Below, piece after piece: positions 25,761-38,072 of a stretch of DNA of 64,000 nucleotides. A program made the position numbers and the translations under genes. Every line of letters begins with the position of its first letter. The first letter of the stretch is position 1. Origin of the DNA: Negaprion brevirostris (Eukaryota); the NCBI GenBank assembly GCA_030324005.1, contig JARDVH010000163.1, positions 90,042,238-90,106,237 of the forward strand, read 5' to 3'. The notes beneath the pieces were generated by a model that saw only the letters and a list, made by a program, of their open reading frames with translations, did not search any database and was not told where the DNA came from.

Positions 25761-27809
25761 TAGTAGGCATTTGGGTGCAGTCAATCAAACCTGGCACTTG
25801 GGGCAAGTCTGCTAAGTTGGCGAAACCCATAATCCTGGAACAGAGACAGGCTCAACCTTTCCCTACTCTGAGGGGCACTGGCCCTGGCCAGGTGCCATGC
25901 ACGTCTGCCACTGCTTTAAACCAATAAGTACAATAGCCAGCTTGACAGGTTCCATGATCCTCCAGACTGTGCAATGTGAAGAAGAGAAAACTATAGTGAG
26001 CTATAAGGGTTCGTGACAGAGTCCTGACCCTCCTTTCTTAGTTCCTTTGTGTCTGCCACCTAATGACAGCACACTCAGTAGGTCCTTATGCCATCCCTCA
26101 CACCCTCCACTTGGGCACTATAACGACATCTAAATATTGGTCCCTGTCGACTCCAGTAGGATGCAGCCCGTCGACTCTCCAGGTTCTTTTTACCATATGC
26201 CCACATCCCCATAGCCCCCAAACATCCTCCCACAACCCCCTTTTCCCAAAGAAACCTGGCGTCACACCTATATGTGACCAGACTGTTCATCCTGAAAGGG
26301 GGCCTTGCCAATACATCCCATCATGATCTCGATTGGGTTGTGATGATAGACATCACCATTGCACCTTGCATTGGCGTTCACATCAGTGTTACCTGTGCAA
26401 TGTTGCAGCCTTACTGGGAATGTGAGCCCAATGCTTAGGACATTGAATGGTTAACAGTTGGCATCCATGAATTTGCTGTACTTTTTGGCAGCACACCATT
26501 TAATGAGCGCACCATTTAATGAAGGAGAGGCTGGGGTGTCTATTCAGCCAATTGTCTGCTTCTCATGGAGGTGAGGCACAGCTGAATTGTGAGAAGCCAG
26601 CAATTAATATTTCCAGTACATTCCTGGAAAGCACCTGTTTTTTTCCTCATACCACAAGAGTTGCAGAGTTGGACAACACTCCATAACCCATTGAGATCTA
26701 CCACTGCATGCAAACACCCCTGACAATTGGATTTGACCTTCCGGGCAGTTCCTTTCCTTTGACTCCATACTGCTGCCTGAGTGTGGTTCCAGTCACACTG
26801 CAGTCATCCTCCTGAGTGTGAGGGCCTTCAGGCTGCAGGAGGGGAGACACAGCCTATTCCTGAATCTCCCACTTTGCCCTGACTGCTTGGCCTCTCGTTG
26901 GATCCTACCTGGGTAACTCACAGCCGCCCCTAGTGCTGAGATTCTTGTTTTCAAGCTCTCCCACCTTCTGGCCAGGTCACACGAAGGAAGGGCACTCCCT
27001 CAGTTCCTATATGGACAAAAACCCAGGAAGGAGGGCACAGAAAACCCTGCCTGCATACCAGCCTTCACATCCTCTTTAAAGCAAGAGCTGCCCTGAAATG
27101 AAGGGAAGGTAAGACTGGCATGTTACACCCTGTGGAACCCCTCAACCCCTGACACGGCGATTGTGCCTAATCTCAGTTGCACAAACCATGTCCCCTGGGC
27201 ACCCTCAGTGGTGCATATTGCAGAGGTTGCTGACTGCCTGTATGCTCACTTACAAAATACCCCTCAGAGGTGAAAGCACTAAAATCATGCTTATGTGGAG
27301 CTGTTGTAAATGATGCCAGCATGATGTCACGCCAGTGTACATATCTGTTTGGGCGGTGCTGGGGGGGATGGGGTTGGTGGGAGATGTCCAGGAGAGGGAG
27401 CTCTCTAATAACATGCCAGTTCACATGCCATTAAAATGAACTTACTTTGGTCCCGCTGTACATTTCATGGCACTCCACACCCCAGGGGCCAGGGCGATTG
27501 GAACTCAAACTCACCGGCATGAATTGCTGTTGCCGGATTTTGTGCGTGTGCCAAAATCGCCCCAACTCTCTTATATTTTAGAACTCTTGTTGATCACATA
27601 TTTATGACACATTCTTGAATATTCTACGAAATGGAATNNNNNNNNNNNNNNNNNNNNNNNNNNNNNNNNNNNNNNNNNNNNNNNNNNNNNNNNNNNNNNN
27701 NNNNNNNNNNNNNNNNNNNNNNNNNNNNNNNNNNNNNGATGGTGGCGTGGGCTCGTTGGGCCGAAGGGCCTGTTTCCCGTGCTGTGTTGTTCTTTGTTAA
27801 TGAAGAATT

Positions 27810-28170
27810 CCTCATGCTGCGACCTCCTCCGCACTCTCCATATCAACCATCATCTCCAAAAATCAAACAATCCTCTCCATTCTTTCACTGACACTTTCAT
27901 TCTATGGTTAACTGCCTACAGTGCTCTTGCAATGCCAAGACTCAACCATTGCATCTTGACTTCCTCTGTGCCCTGGAAAAGCATGATGAAAAATTCTCTC
28001 CATTTTTTAAGAAAAGCCTCATGCCAGTCCAACCAATCGATATAGTCTCTTCCTCTAGATAAATTAGGTGGCTCCTTCCATAGTCCCCCAGTTTTTGAAA
28101 TTTTTTTTAAAAGTCCACATCAGTGTAATATTTGAATAGACTCCCACGCCTCGGCAGATACCCAACACCT
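27810..28170 (+). mobile_element. Possible highly decayed Penelope-type RT fragment
   Basis: Faint resemblance to the LN..H...F / LPFLD / KPT...YLN motifs (e.g. NSLHFL, KSTSV*YLN), broken by frameshifts. Confidence 0.3.
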
Positions 28171-29204
28171 CATTCACACTGCTGGACTGAAATCTGATGG
28201 AGTATGTGATATAGAAACAGTAGCAAAACACAGCTGCTCAAGACAGTGCCACCATTCAACAAGAAAATGATGGAATTATGTGGAAGTTCAATCAGCCTGC
28301 CCTGTTGTTTTCTTAATGCACTGATTTAATTTGTGAATATACTCAACATCCAGAACCCTCTTGGAAAGAATTTCAAAAATTCATCAACTCTGAGTAAATG
28401 GAATAAATCCCATCTCAATCCTAAATGACCAATTCCTCATCCGGAAGCTGTGATTCCGAGTTCAAGACTCTGCAGCCAGGCAACAGCAACATTAACTCAG
28501 AGTGTACCCTGTCAAACATTTAAAGAATTTATGGGCCATCACTTCCAAGCTCCCCAGCATCGGATGGGGAGGGGCAGGGGTACCCCAAAAATTCGCTGGG
28601 AACCCTGCTTGGAAGTTCACACATAAGGTTTGCACAGCAATTGCCCAGAAGTGCAAACCTTCCCTGTGCTGGGAACCATCTGAAAACGTGACTTAAATCA
28701 TACACTTCAGATGGTTCCAGGATTATACCAATAGCTACACAGAAAAGGTCTGAAGAATTAAATCTCTTCAAAACCTTAGTTTGTGCTTAACTAATGTATG
28801 GGTCCAATTCAACTGCCCATTGGGCTCCCCAACCCCCCCCCCCCACCACCACCACTCCAACCAAATCTTATTTACTTTCTTTGGACATTTTCCTTTTCCC
28901 AGGCCTTTTCAGTGGACCTTTGAGCTTGCCTTGTTTACACCAGCTAAAAAAGACAATTTGATGCTGGTCCTCAAAGTTGTGCTGCACTGTTTGGATCTCA
29001 CCCAGACTGATTATGAGGGCTGGATGAGATAGGTTGGGCATGGAGGGACAATCTGACACAAAGTGGCATTCTGAGGACATTCAGGCCCATTATGATCACA
29101 TAGGTATCAGCTCTTACCTATAGCCTCAAAAACTTTCCTTCACCTGTTTGCAGTGAAACAGACATACATATGTAACTCAGATGTCCAGCAAATGTGCCAG
29201 GGTT

Positions 29205-29430
29205 TTCTTTTTGTTCACAGGATGTGGGTGTCGTATTTATTGTCCACCCCTAATTGCCCTTGAACTGAGTGCCTTCATCTTTGCACTTTTAATCCCAGGT
29301 TAATTTTTTAAAATTGAATTTGAATTTTAACATCTGTCACGGTGGGATTTGAACCCTGGTGCCCAGAGCGTTATACTAGGTTTCTGGAATACTAGTCTAT
29401 TAATAATACCACTGTGCCATTGCCTCCCCC
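29205..29430 (-). mobile_element. tRNA-derived SINE carrying the tail of the second LINE family
   Basis: The minus strand reads gggaggcaatggcacagtggt (A box) ... gggttcaaatccc (B box) ... aagggcaattaggggtggacaataaat...cccacatcctgtgaac. Confidence 0.75.
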
Positions 29431-29486
29431 TTAAGTTTAAATTCAATTCAGTAACCTTGAATATAAATCTAGTCTCAGTATAGTAA

Positions 29487-30420
29487 GATTGGTGGCATAG
29501 TGGACAGTGAAGAAAGTTATCTCCAATTGCAATGGGATCCTGATCAATTGTGCCAGTAGGGTGACAAATGGCAGATGGGAGTTTAATTTAGACAAATGCA
29601 AGGTGATGCATTTTGGTAGACTGAACCAGGGCAGGACTTACTCAGTTAATGGTAGGACATTGGGGAGAGTTACAGAACAAAGAGATCTAGAGGTACATGT
29701 TCATAGTTCCTTGAAAGTGGAATCACAGGTGGACAGAGTGGTGAAGAAGGCATTCAGTATGCTTGGATTCATTGGTCAGAACATTGAAAACAGGAGTTGG
29801 GACGTCTTGTTGAGGTTGTGCAAGACATTGGTAATACTGTGTACAGTATTGGTATACATTTGGAATACTGTGTACAGTTCCAGTCACCCTATTATAGAAA
29901 GGACATTATTAAACGAGAACGAGTGCAGAAAAAGTTTTCTGGAATGCTATTGGGACTTGATGATTTGAGGTATAAGGAGAGGCTGCATAGACTAGGATTT
30001 TTTTCCCTGGAGCATTGAAGGCTGAGGGGGATCTTGTAGAGGTCTATAAAATAATGAGGGGCATAGATCAACTAGATAGTCAATATATTTTCCCAAAAGT
30101 AGGGGAATTTAAAATTAGAGGGCATAGATTTAAGGTGAGAAGGGTGAGATACAAAGGGTCCAGAATGACTCTTTCTTCACACACAGGGTGGTGAGTGTCT
30201 GGAACAAGTTGCCAGAGGTGGTAGTAGAGGCAGGGACAATTTTGTTTTTTAAAAAGAGTTTTGACAGTTAAAAGGGTAAGATAACTACAGAGGGATATTG
30301 ACCAAACATGGGCAATTGGGACTAGCTTAGTGGTCTCTAAAAAAAAAAAAAGGGGTGGCATGAACAAGTTAGGCCAAAGGTCCTGTTTCCATGCTGTAAA
30401 CCTCTGACTCTCTGACTATA
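29487..30420 (+). mobile_element. 5'-truncated CR1 LINE 3' portion
   Basis: WEFNLDKCKVMHFG, HLEYCVQFQSPYYRKDI and ERLHRLGFFSLE. Tail ctgtttccatgctgtaaacctctgactct. Confidence 0.95.
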
Positions 30421-31924
30421 ACCTGTACTCCTGTTGTAGAAATTGGAATGAGTGCTTCTTTGCTGCAATGATAAACTTTCTGTGCTTCATGTGGCAATAA
30501 ATAATTGTACCCATTTGGGTTAAACTGCAGTTTCTTCTGAATCATATGTTGTCATGCACCATTTTGTGAAAAAATCTATAGACCCCCAATTTAGCTCCCT
30601 TTTTGTATATTCTTGATGCTTAGTATTGGTGTGACTGTGGAGAGTTGAAACCAAAATTCAAACTTAACAGCATTTCATAACCTTATGGTATGTTTGTCAA
30701 ACTTAAAAGTGAGCTGATAGCCATAAAATGAATGTTCATTTCAACTTAATTGGCTTTGTAAAAAAAACTAACATTATTAGCCTTTCATTATCCTCCCTTT
30801 AAATTTCCTGACTTTATATGTCTCCCACTGGAGCTGAAAAGATAATTGCATTCATAATTGAGTTATACGAAGATTAAGACCTCGACAAGAACCAACCTTG
30901 TACTATTGGCAAATTAATTGGGAGAAGGTAGCACAACTCCATATACATTTTATTGGGCATTAATGTATGTTGAACCGCCAGCTAGATGTTACATTTGTTG
31001 AGAAGTTCCTATTTTTCTTCACAAGAACAGACTATTCAGCCCATCTAATTTGTGCTGTTGTTTGTATCCCACACACTTATTCTCGAATGTGAAATATTTC
31101 ATTTCAGCCTTGCCTTTCTATTCTTGTCTCATTGACTCATTTAGTTTCATATTGAAGGCATCAACATTATTTGCCCCAACCACTTCCTGTACTAACTCAT
31201 AAAATTTGTTCAGAAGTTTCAACTCTCTAAACAGAAATATTAAATATGAAGGATATAGAATGTGGGATTTTAATGTTTGGGTCTACCCAGAAGAAACCAC
31301 AGAAACAATTACCTATCAAGTCTCAGAGAAAGGTTGAAAAAGGTTGGACTAGAACTTATTGGCAAAATATGGTCAAGGCTAACATTTCTCATTATCCACA
31401 TTACACACAACAATACAAAGAGCAGAATGTAGTTAAACATGAATCTTTGGAGTTGCTGCCTGAGATGTGTTGCTCTGCCATTAGCTTCTCAAAAAATAGC
31501 ATCTTGCTGCTTGATAGACCATTCAAATGCATTTAATTTGTCCACTTGCATGGGAGAAATAAATTCAACTTATCACAGGAAATTAAGTCATGTACATTTC
31601 AGTCCAAATATCTGTTTTAATCATATGATGAGTTTTATTTATGCCAATCAGCATCTTTGGCACTGAATCCTACAGCTATGGAGCCTTCAGCATTTAGTTG
31701 TTCCATTTTTTATTTCAAATGCATTTTGTTCTGACTTAGACTCATTCTTTCTCTCTCATGCTTCTTTTCTCTCTCTCTTTCTCCCTCTTACCTGATTTGA
31801 CATTCCTGGTTCAGACACTGGGCTGTTCATAATGATTGCTCAGTGTGATTCAGAGTTGCTGGTCCAATTCATACAGAATTGGTCTCTAAAATAGACCAAT
31901 AGTTTATAAAATAGACCTGCATAT

Positions 31925-32293
31925 ACAGGTCTATAAAATAACGAGGGCCTCAGATCAGCTAGATCGTCAATATCTTTTCCCAAAGGCAGGGGAGTCTAAA
32001 ACTAGAGGGCATAGTTTTAAGGTGAGAGGGCAGAGATACAAAAGGGTTNNNNNNNNNNNNNNNNNNNNNNNNNNNNNNNNNNNTGTCTGGAACAAGCTGC
32101 CAGAGGTAGTAATAGAGGTGGGTACAATTTTGTCTTTTAAAAAACATTGAGATAGTTACATGGGTACGATGGGTATAGAGGGATATGGGCCAAATGCAAG
32201 CAATTGGGATTAGCTTCAGGGTTTTAAAAAGAGTGGCGAGGACAAGTTGAGCCGAAGGGCCTGTTTCCATGCTGTAAACCTCTGTGACTCTGA
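31925..32293 (+). mobile_element. Short CR1 3' fragment, same subfamily as 29487-30420
   Basis: Close match to 30040-30420, including the tail ggcctgtttccatgctgtaaacctctgtgactct. Confidence 0.92.
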
Positions 32294-33759
32294 GAATCCA
32301 GTTCCTCTGCAAATGGTGTCATGCCATTTTGTACTCACTTGCAGCAACTTGTCATGTTCAAGCTCAAATGAATTGTTCATCGACTGCAATAACTTGTGGC
32401 CCATTATATCCTGTTTAAGCGTAGGAATGTTTTCTCAGCAAAAAAAATATGCATTTGTAGACTTAAGTAAGCATCAGTTGTTCAGCTGCAGTTGATGTTG
32501 CTGTAATATGGAAGAATCAGTTATGCAGTCAAACATGATCTCTATTTAATTCCTCTGATGACCATTTATACCCCTATAGTTCTAGATTAAATTAGTTGTG
32601 TAGTGTCATACTGGAATACACTGCTGTTGGCTCACTAATGAATCAAATAGCTGATCAACTTTCTGTCGGCTATCATTTTATGTGAGATTTGATGAACAAT
32701 TTTACAAATCGTAGTTACTTTGTTCACTTCTTGATTTCCAAAAGTTTTTTTAAACAACATGCAAATAACATTATTTGCGTATTGTACCTGTTGAATGGTC
32801 AATATGTTGCAACTGCTGACTTTTGTCTATTCGTGGACACATTTAGTAAAATTAATTTATTCATGTAATTATTGACTTACATCTGTTCATTATGTTGTTC
32901 AATCATACAATGCCATACAGACATAAGATTCTATCGATTGCAAAACAAGATTATATTGCAAATCTGAAGCTAAACAGAGGGCAATGCTGACCTGGAGTTA
33001 ATGTACTTAAGCTTGTGTATAGATTAATGTTAGATGGAGAACTACTTGGAATAAGCATTTGGTAAACACAGCAACTCATTTATTTGACTAATGAAAAACC
33101 AATCCAACCCACAACTAGACCTGCATATTGAGTGATTGACCTCTACCAATCTTTTAATAATCAAGTTACCTTTATATAACTGAAAGCCCTGTTGCATGGC
33201 ACACTTGAGATTGCCTCAGTGCAGTACTGGATGATGGCACATCTGCTGCTGTGCCTTGTACTGCAATGTTCCAAACTGCCATGAAACCAACAGTGTTATT
33301 AAACATTTGATGTTGTTCACCTTCTTCATCAAAGGGTTGATTTTCTTTGCCATTTTGGAGATCATGTTCAAAAAAGAATGGGTTGTAGTTCTGTCTTTTA
33401 TTTATTCAAGTATTCACAAATGCCCAGGACGCTACATTATGGGTGAGATTTCCCACACCCATCTTTGAGAACAAGAATGACAAAGGGAGCAGAGAATCAA
33501 GCTGGAATCCCAAAATAGCTTTTATGTGGCAGGATTTGCCTGATTGATTTTTTTTCTCTGCCACCTGTCAGTGACCTAACAGAGATCTCCATTTGCACCC
33601 ATTGAGTCATGCATATTGGGACCTTCCACCTGATACCACACTCCCAATTTCCCCCCCCCACCACACGTTAATTGTCCATTCACATGATGTGAATTACAAC
33701 AGATCCTCCCCCAAGGTGTACACCTGGTGAGCAAATCTGCAGGAGGTGCACAGGTAAGT

Positions 33760-34040
33760 ACAGCCCCTAGCGGCAAGAAGGCCTTGACTTTGACGCTCAG
33801 GCTCCTCAGCGGGTTCTGCTTCGGCATCCTGAGTCACGTCTTCCTCATCCAAGGGCAAGTGAGGTTGTCCTCAGGAAGCTCCTTGCCCCAACGAAGAGCC
33901 AGGTCATGGATGGTACAACAAACCATGACAAAGCGAGAGACCTTCTAGGGGCTGTTTCGTTGCACCCTCATTGGACCTGTCAGAGCAGCGGAACTGAACC
34001 TTCAACAAGCCGATGCACTGCTTGATGACAGCTCGGGTCA
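33760..34040 (-). mobile_element. PIF/Harbinger transposase (HARBI1-like DDE) C-terminal relic, within a larger GC-rich element at ~33440-34860
   Basis: The minus strand reads TRAVIKQCIGLLKVQFRCSDRS...KVSRFVMVCCTIHDLALRWG, then acidic DEEDVTQDAEAEPAEE. This matches the Harbinger TRxxIE..GxLKxRFRCLD...CCxLHN signature, with a frameshift and a stop. Confidence 0.85.
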
Positions 34041-35129
34041 CACTGTCCACCTCCTGGTCACCGCAAAGGTTTTGGTCGTCCAACTGATATCGTCAGGCAC
34101 AACCTGAAGTGATATCCCTTGTCTTTGAGGAACCACCCTGTAACCTGGGATGTCACTCAAAGATTCTAGGGATCTGTGACTGGCCAAGGATGTAACTATC
34201 AAGCACACTCCCTGGAAAACAGGCACAGGTGTGCATGGAATATATTTTCTGGTTACACATTGAGGAAGTGGAACCTCTTCCAGTTGATGAAGGCAACGGG
34301 GCATAGGGAGTGACATGGGCACAGCCGTGGCAGACTAGTTATCAGCCCAAACCTCAGAGCCTCCTTATCCTGCTGGGCCTGGTCCAGAGCTTACTCATGG
34401 CGTGCATCCATAACCTCCTGGATACACTAATGGGTGGATATTTGAGAAATACCACATGGAATGATGGCATAGGGCAGAGTTTGAGGGCTGCCATGGCCTT
34501 GACAGTCAGAGGGAGCAGATATCCTCCATCCTTGGCAGGGTCTACTCTGCAAGCACATGGCATTGGTGCTGCACAGTCTCCTCTGAGTCAGAGACTTCAA
34601 TGGCAGATATTGTCAGACAGCCCCATGAAGGACACGTGAGCCCTGGTTGTCCCCACCCCTGGTGGCAGGAGGGAAGATTCAATGAGGGCTGATGATGTGA
34701 TGTTAAATTCGTATTAATGAGGTTTGTGCCCTTCCTGGACATCAACCTCTTTGCCTCATTGGGGAGGGTCTAGAAAGAATGCATTCTGAAATTTTGCCAG
34801 TGCAATTCCCATTTTTGGCCTCTTGCAATATTTAGGAGCCATTACGGGATTTGAGTTTGTGGTTAATGAGCCTGTTCAGTTGCACCTTTGTTTTTATTTG
34901 AATGGAATATTAAGTATATTGTTAATAAACATGATCGGTGAATTTCCAAATAATATGTGATATTATGCAAAGTGATTTTCTTACCAGTTTATAAGCGTCT
35001 CACTTGCTCATCACAGTAGCACCGTAAGTAAAAACGTTAAGTTAAATATCAGAATCATTCACAGCTGCTGAGCCATACACTATTCTATTCCAGTTTTCCT
35101 GTTGCACTAAACCCTGTCCATTACAGGAC

Positions 35130-35575
35130 ACATAAGAACATAAGAAATAGGAGCAGGAGTAGGCCATCTAGCCTTTCAAGCCTGCCCCGCCATTCAATAA
35201 GATCATNNNNNNNNNNNNNNNNNNNNNNNNNNNNNNNNNNNNNNNNNNNNNNNNNNNNNNNNNNNNNNNNNNNNNNNNNNNNNNNNNNNNNNNNNNNNNN
35301 NNNNNNACCACCCTTTGAGTGAAGAAGTTCCTCCTCAACTCCGTTCTAAACTGCCCCATCCCGTATCTTGAGGCTGTGCCCTCGAGTCCTGCTATCCTTT
35401 CTAAGCAGGAAGAATCTCTCCACCTGTACCCTATCCATCCCCTTCATTATCTTATACGTCTCTATAAGATCCCCCATCATCCTTCTAAACTCCCCCATCA
35501 TCCTTCTAAACTCCAACGAGTACAGACCCAGTCTATTTAGTCTCTCTTCATAGTCCAACCCCCTCATCTCCGGTA
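35130..35575 (-). mobile_element. CR1 3' fragment with an internal 21-bp tandem duplication
   Basis: MRGLDYEERLNRLGLYSLEFRRMMGEFRRMMGDLIETYKIM, FRTELRRNFFTQRV and a cataagaa-repeat end. Confidence 0.95.
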
Positions 35576-35669
35576 CACAGTACCGGAGTAGTCCAATTAT
35601 TTTTACTGAAAAAAAACTCTAAAATTCTCTTTAAAGTCTATAAACTCAGCTTATTTTAATCAGAGACTA

Positions 35670-35990
35670 TGGCAGAATTCTCCCAAGCCTCCTCTGGCAG
35701 GTTCAATAACAGGCACGGTGGGAGAATATGGACGGAGGGCCAGAAATCGATTTCACGCAGGTGTGAATTTATAGCGGTACCTTCTGTTGGTGCCACCATG
35801 GCCATCTAAATCCCTGCCAGATGACAGGGATTTATATTCTATTAATGGGAGGCAGATGAAGGCATGATTCCCCATGCCAGATTCTCCACAATACTAGTGA
35901 GAAAACACACTGATGTGAAACATGTTTGAACAGTGTGACATGCAGATGTTAGGACTCATTGGGCTGCCTGCAGAGTTCAGGATGGAGACC
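35670..35990. mobile_element. GC-rich MITE/Harbinger-like terminal fragment
   Basis: Starts ggcagaattctccc...gggagaat. It is similar in style to 17370 and 33440. Confidence 0.45.
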
Positions 35991-36114
35991 GATCTCAACC
36001 CTGGACTCTAGAACACAGCAGCAGTGCACCTTCAGGTTGACCTTCCCGGTCAGGCGTTGTGGAGAGTGTCCATCTTCCATGATCATGATATTCCGAGGCA
36101 TCAAACTTCATTCT

Positions 36115-36660
36115 TACGAGGGCCGTCTTCCAGTCTCAGAGTACTCTTGGAGATTTTTCTTCTTTTTCAGGAGGTCCACCCTGTAGTGGGTCAATGATGT
36201 TGGGTGCCTTTTCAATATGGTACCAGGACACGACTGGGACTACATGCCATCCAGACTTGTCTGCCCACTGAATAAGGTGTAAAACTCTTGGGTGCGTAAC
36301 TAATGAGGCCGGTGCTGGAAGATTTGATGTGTTTTGTCGTCAGCCTCTGAAGCAGGAAACACAAAAAATCAAATTCATGCACCACACACTCGAGAAAAAC
36401 TGGAACTAAGTCCGATATTTGAGGTTTGGGTAAATCACTAAACACAATGAAATCCAATATTGTTCTTGACATGTCCTCCCAGAGGAGGGAGGTCCTGCCA
36501 TTGGGAACTTTCTGAAAGCTTCAAATAGTCTATGTTGTCATTGCAATGGTCGCTTGACCCTTGGCAGCCGTCTTCACCACCTTGTGTCCATTTTGAAAAA
36601 AACAGATTGTTCCAGAAGGTTGCATAGAAGCACAGTCCATGCTTTAAAGTCATAAATAAC
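36115..36660 (-). pseudogene. Decayed coding-like segment of unknown origin; candidate endogenous mononegavirus (bornavirus-like) nucleoprotein fragment
   Basis: Overlapping minus-strand ORFs 36212-36472 and 36438-36662. The first frame extends upstream through two stops. Weak by-eye similarity to bornavirus N (VVHEFDFL...ISYAPKSF). Confidence 0.25.
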
Positions 36661-38008
36661 AAAATCTTCCTAATTTCTTTGTCTTGACTATAACTGTTTA
36701 AACCTGCTGAACTTTTGTTATTGCCTTTCCTACTATCTGATTAAAATAGAAACTAAGGAATAAAAATAACTATCTAATAGGTTTGCCTGTCAAGTTGTGT
36801 TTGAAACAGATATTTTATAATATATATAATAAATTTTAAGAGATGCATTGTTGTCGTATTTGTTATAATGTCAGGTTTATTACTAGGTGATAACATTGAA
36901 CGTGATGCTTTTTTTGGCACCCAGTGGAAAATTGATACAATTAAGGAAAGAACTACCTTGCATTCCACAATGATATCATCTAAAAATAGTCTTTACTTGT
37001 CTACAAATTCCAAAAGTATTGAAAATTGTCATGCATTATATCCTAAGCTAGCATACTTGATTAGAAGGAGGGAATGTACTTTGCATCATACTCAGATTGA
37101 ACTAACTTAGCTTATGTAAAAGAACATTGTCACTTTGTTTTGAAATAGATACGGTAAGTAGGTGGTTTGGTCATGATATGGTTTCCAAGTAATAAAGGAA
37201 GTGCTAAAGCCATCTCAAATGTTCCATTTTTTTCCAAAGTCCTTAAACACGCTGCAATCTAAAATCATGAGCACCTTTCCTAAAAATCCATGTTTGAACC
37301 ATCCCAATCAGGTTTTTGCTCCTGCAACAAAGCCCCCTTATCAAAGTCATAGTTGACCTATATGTGACTCTGACCATGGTAAACTCCTCTTTCTCAACCT
37401 GTTTTCTGCCTTTGAGATGGTTGACCTCCTGCAACATCAGTGCTTTTATGTGGGACAATCCTCAGCTGATTTTGTTCCTGTCAGTCAGAGCCAGAGAAAC
37501 ATCAGCATTGACTAAGTTTCTCACTCTCATTTCATTACCTCTGGAGATCCTAAGGATCTTTCCTTGCCTCTTCCAATTTCTTATCAAGATGTTCTTTTGG
37601 AGAGGCAGTGTAAGGAAGGGTTCTATAGATTATGAGTATAACTGGATCAATAAATTTCTGTCCATAGATAATACCATAAATAATGATGTTATGTCAGTCC
37701 ATTTTTGTTTGTTCTGACCAGGCCTATCATTTTTAATTTAAATAGTCCAAACTTGAAAGTTCCAGCATTGCAGCAGAAGAAAATTCATAACCAAAAATAA
37801 GCTCACTTCATTTCAACAAGAATGAATTGAATGGACTGTTTTGCTGAATCTGATTTTAAACACATGCTACAGATTTTATTTTAGCTACCTATTGTCGATG
37901 GCAACTTATGATTTAATACACTGTGTGTTATTGTTTAATGGCCTGCTTGAATGAAGATCTTCACCGTATGAGTGTATGTTGTTTAACGTGTTTTTTTTTT
38001 GTTTTTAG

Positions 38009-38072
38009 CTTTGACCTCAGCTATCTGTTTGCTCAAGTTGGCGTAACTCTTGAATTGACTTCTAAACCTGTG
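38009..38072 (+). CDS. Candidate internal coding exon (64 bp) of an unidentified gene
   Basis: Branch-like tttaac, a T10-rich tract and TAG acceptor, and a TG|GTAAGC donor. Only one frame is open (FDLSYLFAQVGVTLELTSKPV). Confidence 0.4.

Noticed and set aside
37316-37717. 133-aa hydrophobic ORF, and the similar 127-aa ORF at 51727-52110
   Set aside because: Both are compositional ORFs in pyrimidine-rich or decayed LINE sequence, with no motif or splice support.
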